64,000 nucleotides of DNA. Origin: an uncultured virus (IMG/VR IMGVR_UViG_3300033520_000026) (taxonomy: Duplodnaviria; Heunggongvirae; Uroviricota; Caudoviricetes). The position numbers and the translations under genes are program-made. This document shows, piece after piece, positions 28,174-37,611 of the stretch; within the stretch, counting starts at the first letter, position 1; every line of letters starts with the position of its first letter. Where the stretch lies: the IMG/VR virus record IMGVR_UViG_3300033520_000026, positions 62,001-126,000 of that record; one strand, given 5' to 3'. Under the pieces are notes generated by a model. It ran no database searches and was not told the origin of the DNA. It saw only the letters and a list, made by a program, of their open reading frames with translations.

Positions 28174-29058
28174 ATGAGAGATCCATTTGAAGGCGTGATT
28201 CAGCCGGGCCAGTCGGGCTGGTACTGGCACGAGGGCCGCGTGATCGAGGTGGTGCGGCATGAGGACGGGACGTTGTGGGTGTTCTGGCGGGTCGAGGGGA
28301 AGGATCCCCGGTTGGACTTCCCGACCGGCCCCCGGTGCGTGGAGCCCGAGGAAGACAAGGCCCGCAGGGATCTCAATACGAAGCTACAAGGACTGCTGCA
28401 ACAGAGCGAACAGGACAAAAACATTGCAGAGTTGCGGGTCCGGCTCAGGACGACGGCTCAAGTGCTTATCGAAGCTGTTGGAGCCGAGGGACCGTGCGAT
28501 GCGGAAGACGCGGCGGCTCGTGCCGTTGAGCATCTTGAAAAGATGACGGAAGCGCGGGATGCGCTAGCGGCCAAGGCCAGGCGGTGGCAGGAGGAGTACG
28601 ATCATCTCAAGGGGCTGTGGAATGAGGCGGCTACCGTAGCCAGGAAGAATTGCCCGACTGCGCTTGGCGAGGACTATCTCATACATGGCGTGCCTCGGCT
28701 GGCGTCGCTACTGAAGGATGCGCAGATCGAGAACGAGCGGCTCCAGGGGAAGCTAGATGCGGAGAAGGCTTACTACGCCTGCCTCCAGGGGGAGTTCAAT
28801 CGGGCGGTGGCGTTGGCGCAGGAGCACTGTCCCAAGCCGGAGTTGGGGCAGTCCTGGTTGATGGCGGGCATCCCCTTGTTGGCCCAGCGGGCGGCGGCGC
28901 TAGAGGCCGAGGTTGAGCGGCTCAAGGCCCACACCTGGAAGCAGGAGCGAGCAGCGATTGTGGCGTGGCTAAGAAATGATAAACGCGGCATGAGAACATG
29001 GGCAGGGTGTATCGAGCGCGGTGAGCACTGGCCCACGGAGGGAGGGGAGAAGCCATGA
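28174..29058 (+). CDS. Mosaic coiled-coil protein
   Basis: Shares modules with 29267..29491 and 30056..30607. Confidence 0.65.
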   Translation: MRDPFEGVIQPGQSGWYWHEGRVIEVVRHEDGTLWVFWRVEGKDPRLDFPTGPRCVEPEEDKARRDLNTKLQGLLQQSEQDKNIAELRVRLRTTAQVLIEAVGAEGPCDAEDAAARAVEHLEKMTEARDALAAKARRWQEEYDHLKGLWNEAATVARKNCPTALGEDYLIHGVPRLASLLKDAQIENERLQGKLDAEKAYYACLQGEFNRAVALAQEHCPKPELGQSWLMAGIPLLAQRAAALEAEVERLKAHTWKQERAAIVAWLRNDKRGMRTWAGCIERGEHWPTEGGEKP

Positions 29059-29270
29059 GCACAATAGATAGAAACGACCTGGGGAAGATAGTCGCACTCG
29101 CATTGATGTTCATTGCAGTTGTATTTTCTATGGGAGTCCTTGTTCACGATCTCGCTTCGGCAAATACGGATAACCAGGCTCTTAAGCTAGAAGTAGATCA
29201 GCTAAACCAAGATTTAGTGGACTGCAATATCAATCTGCGTGGTGCACTGCTGCCCAAGGAGGAGCCATGA
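29055..29270 (+). CDS. Small TM + coiled-coil protein
   Basis: QDLVDC.I.LRGA shared with 30604..30945. Confidence 0.6.
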   Translation: MSTIDRNDLGKIVALALMFIAVVFSMGVLVHDLASANTDNQALKLEVDQLNQDLVDCNINLRGALLPKEEP

Positions 29271-29491
29271 CCGAAGTCGATGATTTGCGAAAAGAGAACG
29301 ATGTCCTTGAGGCCGAGGTAGAGCGGCTCAAGACGCACACCTGGGAGCAGGAGCGAGCGGCGATTGTGGCGTGGCTAACAAAAAGGTATGAAAACACTAG
29401 TTATTTAGAGGTAGTGCGCATTGTAACAAAACAGTTCGCAGAAATGATAGAGCGCGGCGAGCACTGGCCCACGGAGGAAGGAAAACTATGA
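29267..29491 (+). CDS. Small protein duplicating the C-terminus of 28174..29058
   Basis: EAEVERLK.HTW.QERAAIVAWL...IERGEHWPTE. Confidence 0.6.
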   Translation: MTEVDDLRKENDVLEAEVERLKTHTWEQERAAIVAWLTKRYENTSYLEVVRIVTKQFAEMIERGEHWPTEEGKL

Positions 29492-29685
29492 CACCAGAAC
29501 AGCGAGTGGCGTATGTCAATGCGCAGGTGGCGGCGGCGTTGATCGAGATGGAGGCCATGAAGGCGGCGAACAGGGAGCGGGAGGCGCACGGGTACGCCCT
29601 GGCGTGGGACGAGGGGGCGTTCATGAGTTTGATCTCGAAGTACGGGTTGGACGGGAACACGATTATCAAGCTGTTTCAAGACTGA
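29488..29685 (+). CDS. Hypothetical protein
   Basis: ATGA overlap. Confidence 0.55.
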   Translation: MTPEQRVAYVNAQVAAALIEMEAMKAANREREAHGYALAWDEGAFMSLISKYGLDGNTIIKLFQD

Positions 29686-29696
29686 TCGGAGGAACT

Positions 29697-30059
29697 ATGA
29701 AGAAGATAATGACGCCAGAGGATGTATTGTTTGTGCCAGACAAGGTTGAGTCCCATAATCTTGTATCTTTTGTAGCAGGTCGTGCAAAGAGCATGGGGAA
29801 TTCATATGCGTCAAAAAGAGGCAGCAATGGAGATCTAAACGAGTCAATTTTAGGCGAAATTTCTTATGCGTATGCAGAGGGATGGTGCAGGTCACTTGAT
29901 AGATTACAGCTCGCCATATCCGACTATTACAACAAAGACAAACGCGGGAAGATGATCCTTCACGGGACTTTGCAGGAACTTATGTCAGTGCGCGAGTCGG
30001 TCAAGAAGTCCAACGTTGGCATAGCGATTGAGATCGGGATCAATGAGGATGAGCCATGA
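29697..30059 (+). CDS. Hypothetical protein, AT-rich gene
   Basis: GGAGG SD; lower GC than neighbours. Confidence 0.55.
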   Translation: MKKIMTPEDVLFVPDKVESHNLVSFVAGRAKSMGNSYASKRGSNGDLNESILGEISYAYAEGWCRSLDRLQLAISDYYNKDKRGKMILHGTLQELMSVRESVKKSNVGIAIEIGINEDEP

Positions 30060-30607
30060 GCGAGCCAGCGGGGTGTGTGTGGTTGGAGCAGGACGGCGAG
30101 GAGATGTGGCTACATATGACCACGGCGACCGGGAAAGAGGCCAGCATGTACCTGGGGGCACGTCGCGCCGAGGACAAGCTGACGCGCCTGTGGAGGATCA
30201 TGGCCGAGCTGGCCACAGCAAAGGCCGTGCTGCCCATCGTGAGTGATGGTCCGGTCTTCGAGTCGTTCAAGGTTGAAGAGGTGGCGGAGGTGGAGTCTGC
30301 GGGCCGCGTGGTGCAGGGCGACGCTACGGAAGAGCTGTTTGATGAGGTCAATTTCGGGCAGCCGAGATGGTACTGGGATCACGACCAGGTGGTGCAGGTC
30401 ATCCGCGAGAGTTCTGGCGCGTTGTCGTGTACGTTGCCGGGGGATCGGGACGGGGAGTTGCCCACGGGACCGCGTTGCCTGGAGCCCGAAGAGGTGGAGG
30501 CACTACGGGCGGACAATGAACGCCTGCGGAAGGAGGTCCAAGCATTGCAAAACAAGATGACTTTCTGGCACCTGGCCCACGCGCGGATGCTGAGGTCGGA
30601 GCCATGA
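30056..30607 (+). CDS. Mosaic hypothetical protein
   Basis: WYW...PTGPRC.EPEE module. Confidence 0.6.
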   Translation: MSEPAGCVWLEQDGEEMWLHMTTATGKEASMYLGARRAEDKLTRLWRIMAELATAKAVLPIVSDGPVFESFKVEEVAEVESAGRVVQGDATEELFDEVNFGQPRWYWDHDQVVQVIRESSGALSCTLPGDRDGELPTGPRCLEPEEVEALRADNERLRKEVQALQNKMTFWHLAHARMLRSEP

Positions 30608-30945
30608 AACAAGTACCCTTGCTACCGATGATGTTGGTGGTGTTCGTTCTCGGCAGCGTGGTCCTGGGCGCAGTATGTGGAAAGTGGGTACGGGCGGCGG
30701 ACGATGAGGCTGCGGCGTTAAAGGAGATTGTGTCCGATCTGGAGCAAGATCTAGTGGATTGTCAGATTCAGTTGCGGGGTGCGATGCTGGAATCGGACAA
30801 GCGCAAACAGGGTGCTCTCGGCGCAGCTAACATGGTGAAGGGTGAAGATGTGTATCTCCGATGTCCCGATGGAGAGCGATGCAGTCGCATCTTTCTGGAT
30901 GCGGAGAACCGCGTGCAGATCGAGCCATACACGGAGGAACCATGA
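30604..30945 (+). CDS. TM + coiled-coil protein
   Basis: ATGA overlap. Confidence 0.55.
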   Translation: MKQVPLLPMMLVVFVLGSVVLGAVCGKWVRAADDEAAALKEIVSDLEQDLVDCQIQLRGAMLESDKRKQGALGAANMVKGEDVYLRCPDGERCSRIFLDAENRVQIEPYTEEP

Positions 30946-31448
30946 GCGAATGTGAGATCGAAAAAGACGGGGAGTATGTCGGGCGGTATGAGTGCGCGAC
31001 GCATGGCGTTTGGTATTGCGACTCGGACACAAAGCCCAAGGAGTCGTGTCCCGTCGGCGAGGCCGAAGAGGGATTGCGGCGCGAGGTCGCGCGGCTCACC
31101 AAGATGCTGGAGGTGTGTTCCGTTGCGCATGGCCATAACGTGGAACTCAAGACCGAGGTCGAGCGGCTCAAGGGCGAGACCTACTGCGCGTACTGCGGGG
31201 AGCGGTTCCCCTTGGACGCACCGGACGCGACGGTGAAGATCGGGGCGCACATCGGGACGTGTCCCAAACATCCGATGCGAGTTGTGGAAGCGGAGAGAGA
31301 TGAGCTGAAGCGCGAGGTGGCGCAGTTGCATGCCGAGATCTTCGGGTTGAAGCCGTTTGTGTATCAGGCTGAGGAGTTGCAAGCCGAGCTGAGGAAGATC
31401 CGGGAGGCGGTCGCCGAAGGAGCGCCCTTCTTGTTCTTGCCGGAGTAG
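30942..31448 (+). CDS. Zn-finger coiled-coil protein
   Basis: CAYC...H...CPKH. Confidence 0.6.
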   Translation: MSECEIEKDGEYVGRYECATHGVWYCDSDTKPKESCPVGEAEEGLRREVARLTKMLEVCSVAHGHNVELKTEVERLKGETYCAYCGERFPLDAPDATVKIGAHIGTCPKHPMRVVEAERDELKREVAQLHAEIFGLKPFVYQAEELQAELRKIREAVAEGAPFLFLPE

Positions 31449-31450
31449 CC

Positions 31451-31675
31451 ATGAGCACGTCCATGGCGGCCTACTTTAAGCTGTTAACCGAACACGACTG
31501 GACCTATCAGCACGCAGACGAATTCCGCGCATGGGTGAAGGGTGCGGAGGAGCGACGCCGACTTGAGTATCTAGCCTTGGGTAGTGAACAACGAGCGGCC
31601 CTCTACATAGCGTTCCGGGACTTCCACGCGGGGCTCAAGACGCAGCTCCCTACCTGCCCAGAGGAGGAGACATGA
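31451..31675 (+). CDS. Hypothetical protein
   Basis: GGAG SD; HDWTY motif. Confidence 0.55.
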   Translation: MSTSMAAYFKLLTEHDWTYQHADEFRAWVKGAEERRRLEYLALGSEQRAALYIAFRDFHAGLKTQLPTCPEEET

Positions 31676-31914
31676 CGACGGAAGAACAGGCGTGTACGCG
31701 ATCTAGCCTGCTGGCGGCGGTGACCAAGGTGGTGGACGTCCTGCACCTGACAGATCCCTACGCGATCCCGCCCATTGCGGTGGAGGCCGTGTACTTTCGT
31801 TTGGGGGACGCGGTGCAGTGGCCGCCAAGCCAAGGAGAAGTGCGTCACGCCATAGCGCTACGGATCGCGGAGATCCACCCGAGTAATCCAGTTGCGGCAC
31901 ACCTGCCGTTTTAG
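31672..31914 (+). CDS. Hypothetical protein
   Basis: ATGA overlap. Confidence 0.5.
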   Translation: MTTEEQACTRSSLLAAVTKVVDVLHLTDPYAIPPIAVEAVYFRLGDAVQWPPSQGEVRHAIALRIAEIHPSNPVAAHLPF

Positions 31915-32044
31915 TCGTGAGGATGGGGGAAATAAAAAAAGCGACGCGCCAAGCTCAGTGTGGGGGGGACACCGGGGGTGCTCGGCGCATCGCAGGGGAA
32001 AAAGCTATCATCGCTTTTATCGAAAATCAAATTGAATTTGCGAC

Positions 32045-32060
32045 GCGAACCCGGGTTCGT
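32045..32060. repeat. Dispersed palindrome copy 8, GCGAACCCGGGTTCGT
   Basis: In large poorly coding region. Confidence 0.95.
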
Positions 32061-32474
32061 GTCGATTTTACCATGTGCAACGTCTTCGATATTTTATATG
32101 TGGTATTTAGCAACAGGTGATGTCTTTTGTAATTTCATGGAGTTACAGTACGATGTCGCTATTTGCTTGACACGACATTTGGATCAGGGCACATGGGGGG
32201 AGGCGAGCGCAGCGAGACGGGGGGCAGGCGCGGATCCGAAGCTCTGAACGAAGCCGTCACCAACCCCGAATCCCCACATGCTTTTTTGATGTCTGAATCT
32301 TCAGAGCTGCGATTCACCGCCCCCCGGAAGGGGGGACGGCGCTGACCGCAGGGAAGCGCCGGGGGGGATCGATGGTTCTTGGGTTTAAGTAGAGATCCAT
32401 TCAAAAAAACAGGTATCGGAAAAAACCAACAAAAGTCCACTAGTTAGGTACACATTTAAATAGGCACAGATAAC

Positions 32475-32507
32475 CGTTTGTCAACAGTTGAGTTTTGTTG
32501 ACAAACG
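32475..32507. promoter_or_regulatory. Perfect 12-bp inverted repeat containing back-to-back TTGACAAACG elements
   Basis: CGTTTGTCAACA-9 nt-TGTTGACAAACG; a third TTGACAAACG at 32542. Confidence 0.7.
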
Positions 32508-32590
32508 ACATGCGTTTTTCGGTTTGGCGCGTTTTGATCGGTTGACAAACGTGCATGAGCAGATCAACGTGTGGCTGGTTTTCGTGGCAG

Positions 32591-32606
32591 GCGAACCTGG
32601 GTTCGT
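32591..32606. repeat. Dispersed palindrome copy 9, GCGAACCTGGGTTCGT
   Basis: Upstream of BRO gene. Confidence 0.95.
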
Positions 32607-32681
32607 GTCTGTGGGTATTTGGAGTTGATGCGGTTCGTGGTGAGCCGTGTGGATTGATGGCTGAACAGATGGAGGTGATCG

Positions 32682-33557
32682 ATGGAAGAGAGTCAGTTGG
32701 TACAGGCGTTTGAGTTTGAGAACAGAACGGTACGGGTGGAGCTATTCGATGGAAACCCCTGGTGGGTAGCCAAGGACGTGATGTCAGCGTTAGGGTATGC
32801 GGAGAGTAGCGATGCCGCGAATATCACGGCCAAGGTTCCCGATGAGTGGAAGGGGACGAAGCCGTTTCGTACCCCTGGCGGGGTACAGGAAATCATTGCT
32901 CTTTCCGAGCAGGGACTCTACTTCTTCGTAGCGCGCAGCGATAAGCCAGCGGCGGTCCCGTTTCAGAAGTGGATCGCCAGTGAAGTGTTGCCACAGATTC
33001 GGAAGACGGGTCGGTACAGTGATTCGAAGACCCCGGTCGAGTCTCTTTTGGACGCTGTGCAGAACCTCGTGGATCACGAGCGTCGTATGCGGGAGCTGGA
33101 AGCCGAGCACTTTCGGGTTAGGTCTGCCCAGCAGGTCATTGCGAAGCGAGTAGGTGACTTGGCACGTCGTGCGGCAGAGGGTGCTGCGATGATCCTAGCG
33201 CCACCGGAGCAGGCTGAGGAGCTGGCAGTGGAGCCTGTCAAGGAGCCGGTAGTGGAGCCTCCCGTGCTTGGTGTGTGTGAGGTGTCATTGAGGGAGCGTA
33301 TTAATCAGATTGTCCAGAGGTACATTGATGCTCGCGGGCTCAGCAATGAGGAAGCAGGGATGGTCTGGAGTAAATTGTATAGTGAGTTTCGAACGCGGCA
33401 TGGAATCGATCTAGTTCGAAGGGCTAAGAACCGAGGACACAAGGTTTCTGGGTTAGATATCGTCGAGGAATTAGACAGAGTGAAATATCCGGGATCTTTT
33501 TCGGATCTTTACATTGTGTCTCGTGATTTGTACGGATTTCGTGCAGATTCCAAGTAA
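32682..33557 (+). CDS. BRO-N domain protein (antirepressor-like)
   Basis: FEFE...VRV...PWWVAKDV..ALGY...TPGGVQ...SEQGLY...RSDKPAA..FQKW. Confidence 0.85.
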   Translation: MEESQLVQAFEFENRTVRVELFDGNPWWVAKDVMSALGYAESSDAANITAKVPDEWKGTKPFRTPGGVQEIIALSEQGLYFFVARSDKPAAVPFQKWIASEVLPQIRKTGRYSDSKTPVESLLDAVQNLVDHERRMRELEAEHFRVRSAQQVIAKRVGDLARRAAEGAAMILAPPEQAEELAVEPVKEPVVEPPVLGVCEVSLRERINQIVQRYIDARGLSNEEAGMVWSKLYSEFRTRHGIDLVRRAKNRGHKVSGLDIVEELDRVKYPGSFSDLYIVSRDLYGFRADSK

Positions 33558-33719
33558 TCAGCAGCGGATTTTCGCATGTGCGTTTGATACTGGTGAATCT
33601 CCATGTGGCGGATTGTGATTCGTGAGGATTTCTTGCTGATTTTAACGAATTAGCAACGGATTTCTATATGTGATTTTGCTGTTGTGGTAGGGTTCTAAAT
33701 CGGTCGGTTACCCAACGGT

Positions 33720-33755
33720 GCCTCGGCGCAATGGTGCGCCGGGGCTTTTTATTTT
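33720..33755 (+). terminator. Intrinsic terminator
   Basis: GCCTCGGCGCA-ATGG-TGCGCCGGGGC followed by TTTTTATTTT. Confidence 0.75.
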
Positions 33756-33836
33756 ACGGGGTAGTTTCGTGGCATTAGACGAAGTGGAATTGATCGGTTG
33801 AACAACCTTGTTGGCAGGTGATATAGAAGCGTGGGC

Positions 33837-33874
33837 AAAAAAAAGGCCGTCCAGTGAGGCAAACCGGACGGCCT
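33837..33874 (-). terminator. Minus-strand intrinsic terminator-like hairpin
   Basis: A8 run overlapping AGGCCGTCC...GGACGGCCT stem. Confidence 0.55.
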
Positions 33875-33887
33875 AAAACGAAAGGAC

Positions 33888-35684
33888 GTGACGTGCATGG
33901 ATAGCAATGGAACCAGTTTGAGGCAAGAGGGAACGAACAAGGGCAGTGCGAAACTGGCGGAGCGGATCGTCGATACGTTGAATCTGGGGCAGTACGGCGT
34001 CACGTACCGTGTGGAGGACGGCCAGCGCTGGTGGAACCTGCGGGAGCTGTTGCAGCATCTCGGGTACACTACCTACTATAGGCCGCCGCATGTGGAGGGA
34101 GATCACAAGCGGTTCTTCGTCGTCGAGACGAACAGAGGGGAGAAGTTCTGTCTTCACCTGTCTGACTCGGGCATCATCCAGTTCTTGGCGCGGTCGGACA
34201 AGGTGAGCGCTCGATCCCTCCGGGACCAGATCGTGGCAGCCCAGGTGGTCTTTCCGCAGACACCATCCGAGCCCATTCGGCAGGTGACTCCGAGACCAGT
34301 ACCACAGGAGACCGCTGAACCAGTAGCGCCACGGACAGCCGCATCCGCGAAGGTTCTCGATCCCGTCGATTTCCATGGGCAGCGGTTGACTATCGTGGAT
34401 CGGGAGGGGGAACCCTATGTGGCGATGCGGTATATTGTCGAGGGGATGGGGTTGGACTGGAAGGCTCAGCATGCGAAGTTGACCAGCAACAATAGTCGTT
34501 TCTGCGTGGTAATGATTCGGATGAAGCCTTGGGGGGATTCGCAAGTGCGCGAAGTTACGTGCATTCCATTGCGAAAGCTGGCCGGATGGCTGTTCACCTT
34601 GCAACCGTCTCGGATCAACCTGTTCGTCGCCGACAAGGTGCGGAGGTACCAGGACGAGTGCGAGGGTGTACTCCAGTCGGCCTGGTCTCGATATGTTGCG
34701 AAACAGACACCTGTGAGCAACGACGCCTCAACAACACTGCAATCATTGTCGTTTGAGGACCATCCAGTGCGGATTCAGATGATCGATGGAGAACCGTGGT
34801 GGGTGGCGAAGGATGTCGCGGAGATGCTGGGGTATATCTGGAATGGAACCGAGTGCATCAAACACGTTCCTGAAAAATGGAGGGGGGTCAGATCCGTCCT
34901 GACCCCCTCTGGAAACCAACAAATGGCTTTGTTATCCGAGCAGGGGCTGTACTGGTTCCTGGCGCGTTCCGATAAACCGGCCGCGTTGCCCTTCCAGGAA
35001 TGGGTTGCAGGGGACGTGATCCCATCCATCCGGCGCACGGGGCGCTACAGTGCGATCCCAGAAGATCCAACGAGGATAGGGTTACCGGATTTCACTGATC
35101 CCATCGCAGCGGCGGAGGGGTGGTTGGCCGAGGCCAAGGGTCGGCGCAAGGCTGAGATCGAGGCACGAGCGGCCAAGGAACGGGCGCACCTCCTCGCGGC
35201 CAAGCTGGTGGAGGACGCCCCATTGGTGGACTTCGCGGAGCGCATGGAGGCGTCCCCAACGACGCATCTGGTTGGGGCCGTGGCCAAGATGATCCAGCAG
35301 GGCACGGGGCTGTCGATGGGGCAGAACCGGCTGTTCGAGTGGTTGCGCGAGAACCGCTACCTTCATCAGACGGGGAGCCGCACGAATCAGCCGACCCAGC
35401 GCAGCCTGGACCATGGCTGGTTCGTGTTGCAGGTGCGAAATGTGGAGATCCGGGATGAGACCCGCGTGAAGTACACGACCCGCGTCACGGGCAAGGGGCT
35501 CATGCACTTCTACGAGCAGTTCTACCGGACGGCCATCGAGCTGGGGCTCAAGCCGCGAGTGCGACCGGATCTAGTTACGTCGGCGGAGGTGTTGCGCCAA
35601 CTGCCACTTTGGGCCGACGAGGACAGCGACCGAGTGGACGAGGATCTGATCAAGGAGGCCAAGCGGCTGGATCCGAAGCCCTAG
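33888..35684 (+). CDS. Multidomain antirepressor: P22AR-N-like + BRO-N + KilA-C (ANT)
   Basis: VDFHG...PYVAMR.IVEGMGLDW..Q; second BRO-N; GQNRLFEWLR...PTQRS...TRVTGKG. Confidence 0.85.
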   Translation: MTCMDSNGTSLRQEGTNKGSAKLAERIVDTLNLGQYGVTYRVEDGQRWWNLRELLQHLGYTTYYRPPHVEGDHKRFFVVETNRGEKFCLHLSDSGIIQFLARSDKVSARSLRDQIVAAQVVFPQTPSEPIRQVTPRPVPQETAEPVAPRTAASAKVLDPVDFHGQRLTIVDREGEPYVAMRYIVEGMGLDWKAQHAKLTSNNSRFCVVMIRMKPWGDSQVREVTCIPLRKLAGWLFTLQPSRINLFVADKVRRYQDECEGVLQSAWSRYVAKQTPVSNDASTTLQSLSFEDHPVRIQMIDGEPWWVAKDVAEMLGYIWNGTECIKHVPEKWRGVRSVLTPSGNQQMALLSEQGLYWFLARSDKPAALPFQEWVAGDVIPSIRRTGRYSAIPEDPTRIGLPDFTDPIAAAEGWLAEAKGRRKAEIEARAAKERAHLLAAKLVEDAPLVDFAERMEASPTTHLVGAVAKMIQQGTGLSMGQNRLFEWLRENRYLHQTGSRTNQPTQRSLDHGWFVLQVRNVEIRDETRVKYTTRVTGKGLMHFYEQFYRTAIELGLKPRVRPDLVTSAEVLRQLPLWADEDSDRVDEDLIKEAKRLDPKP

Positions 35685-35689
35685 CAGAC

Positions 35690-35721
35690 GTCTGGAAGTC
35701 TGGAAGTCTGGAAGTCTGGAC
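35690..35721. repeat. 8-bp tandem repeat, (GTCTGGAA)x3 + GTCTGGAC
   Basis: Direct reading. Confidence 0.9.
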
Positions 35722-35734
35722 GTTTGGGATGGAC

Positions 35735-35750
35735 GCGAACCCGGGTTCGT
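35735..35750. repeat. Dispersed palindrome copy 10, GCGAACCCGGGTTCGT
   Basis: 3 nt upstream of TTGACA. Confidence 0.95.
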
Positions 35751-35753
35751 TTG

Positions 35754-35813
35754 TTGACAAACGCGGATCGGGTGGCTAGATTGAGAGGCAAGATGGCGGG
35801 CGCGATGCTCGTC
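35754..35813 (+). promoter_or_regulatory. Sigma70-type promoter plus 5' GAU hairpin
   Basis: TTGACA-17-TAGATT; GAT GGCGGGC GCGAT GCTCGTC. Confidence 0.75.
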
Positions 35814-35824
35814 GGGAGGTGTCC

Positions 35825-36109
35825 ATGGAAATCAAGAAGCTCAACCGCGTTGATGACGAACCTTTGCGCCAAGCGATCCTCGACGAGATCATGCAGGCGA
35901 TCACGGTCCGCGTGGTCGCTGGGGTGGTCCATCTTGAGTCCCTGCGTGGTCTGGCCACGGTGGCGACTGCTGGCAGCATCGTGACCATAGAGTACAAGGG
36001 CAAGGCGTCGGGGGTGGCGTACCAGTTCTGGATGGACAAGGAACACGCCTCCGTTCGGGCGCTCGGGGCGCAGTTGCGTCGCCTCCGGGACGCGCAACGG
36101 GCGGCATAG
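35825..36109 (+). CDS. Hypothetical protein
   Basis: GGAGG SD. Confidence 0.6.
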   Translation: MEIKKLNRVDDEPLRQAILDEIMQAITVRVVAGVVHLESLRGLATVATAGSIVTIEYKGKASGVAYQFWMDKEHASVRALGAQLRRLRDAQRAA

Positions 36110-36118
36110 GGAGGGTAC

Positions 36119-36427
36119 ATGTTGAAAGTGGAGAAGAAGAACGGGTTGTGGCAGGCGTGTCTTGTTGGGCGCCCGTCAAAGGATCTGATCACGGCGATGC
36201 GATCTTTGGTCGAGGTCACGCGCTTTAGTGATCGGTTGGATCGCATAATAGGTTCGGACGTGTGCCTGGGCCGGGACTGCGATGGGTGTGACATCGCGGG
36301 GTGCGATCCGGTCGCGTCGGCAGAGTCGTTTGCCGCGCAAGTGGAGATCGAATTTCCGCAGGCGTGTGGTTTCAGTATCGAGGATGTTGAGACGTGGGAC
36401 GAGCCCGTGAAAAGGAGGGATCCATGA
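36119..36427 (+). CDS. Hypothetical protein
   Basis: GGAGG SD. Confidence 0.55.
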   Translation: MLKVEKKNGLWQACLVGRPSKDLITAMRSLVEVTRFSDRLDRIIGSDVCLGRDCDGCDIAGCDPVASAESFAAQVEIEFPQACGFSIEDVETWDEPVKRRDP

Positions 36428-36708
36428 ATCCGAACAACTTGAAGGGACCGCTAGTTCACCTCAACGGAACGAGCGCGGGTGAGTTGGAGGAGCAGATGCG
36501 TGCGTGCGGCGACACGCTGCGGGCCGCGCTGAACGCGCTGTACCTGGCCGCGCCCAACGCGCGGGACTACTACCCGCTGGGCGACAATGCGTTCGCGGAG
36601 GCGCAGTCACGTCATCAGTGTCGGATCATGTCTGTTGTGTCAGTCTTCAATGGGTGCAATGAGATCCTGGCAGAGATCGTTGAACAGAAAGAATCTAGGG
36701 CGCGGTGA
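36424..36708 (+). CDS. Hypothetical phage protein
   Basis: VHLNGTS...PNARDYYP motif; ATGA overlap. Confidence 0.6.
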   Translation: MNPNNLKGPLVHLNGTSAGELEEQMRACGDTLRAALNALYLAAPNARDYYPLGDNAFAEAQSRHQCRIMSVVSVFNGCNEILAEIVEQKESRAR

Positions 36709-36993
36709 GGGATGGCGTTACAATGTACTGGGGAGGGGGTGTAGGAAGGATAGGAGATGGAGACGGGGAAGGGTGGCCGCGAGCTAGAAACCTGTGAGAT
36801 GAATTTGCTTTGGTTTCGCCTACGTGGTCGGAAGGTGCTCAACCATTACGACGTGCAGATGTGCGTGCGCCAGGCAGAGCGCGCACGGATGGATCAGAAC
36901 AGCTTGGCTTTTTGGGACGAGATCAGCGGCATAGAATTGACAGACGGTTGACAAACGCTTGAATGGCTGGGAATACTCTCCGCAGGAGGGACT

Positions 36994-37611
36994 TTGGAAA
37001 ATTCAGATGTTTTTTGTACCCCGGGCGTAGGCGTTTTCACTGTCAATGCGAATGACGTAGTAGATGAGGCCCGCCTGCGGCAGGAATGGCAAACTCCTCG
37101 CGTGTTCTTGGCGGCTCTAGCGCGTGAGTTCTGCATCGACATTGATGTCGCGTCGAGTGACGACAACGCCGTGGTTCCTCGCCATATCACCTGGGAACAA
37201 GACGGGCTGGTACAGTCGTGGTTTGCACAGGCACCGGAGGACGTTCGTGGTCGCCCTCGCGTGGCCTGGTGCAACCCTGGCTTCAAGGATCTTGGCGCGT
37301 GGATGTCGAAGGCCGTGCGTGAGGTGGACGCTCATCCGGGGTGCGTGGCGCTTGTCATGGGCACGGCAGCACCATCTACGGCCTGGTGGGCACGAGCGAT
37401 TGCGGCGGGTGCAGAGATCCGTCTGCTTGCTCCGCGTGTGCAGTTCATGGCCCCGCCTGGTATCAAGCAGTCGAGCAATGCGCGAGAGAACGCGCTGGTC
37501 ATCATTCGGAGCCAAGTGGGCGGCAACTCGATCCTTCGAGAGCGTCGTTCTCATATTTGGACATGGCGGTGGGATGCAGAGGCATTTCTCACCAATGGAG
37601 AAGAGTCATGA
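36994..37611 (+). CDS. dam: Phage DNA N6-adenine methyltransferase (lambda/T1 Dam-type)
   Basis: EWQTP...DIDVAS...NA...DGL...W...WCNPGF (NPPY variant). Confidence 0.75.
   Translation: MENSDVFCTPGVGVFTVNANDVVDEARLRQEWQTPRVFLAALAREFCIDIDVASSDDNAVVPRHITWEQDGLVQSWFAQAPEDVRGRPRVAWCNPGFKDLGAWMSKAVREVDAHPGCVALVMGTAAPSTAWWARAIAAGAEIRLLAPRVQFMAPPGIKQSSNARENALVIIRSQVGGNSILRERRSHIWTWRWDAEAFLTNGEES

Noticed and set aside
28900..29480. Duplicated segments as DGR template and variable repeats
   Set aside because: Differences are not adenine-specific and no reverse transcriptase is present in the window
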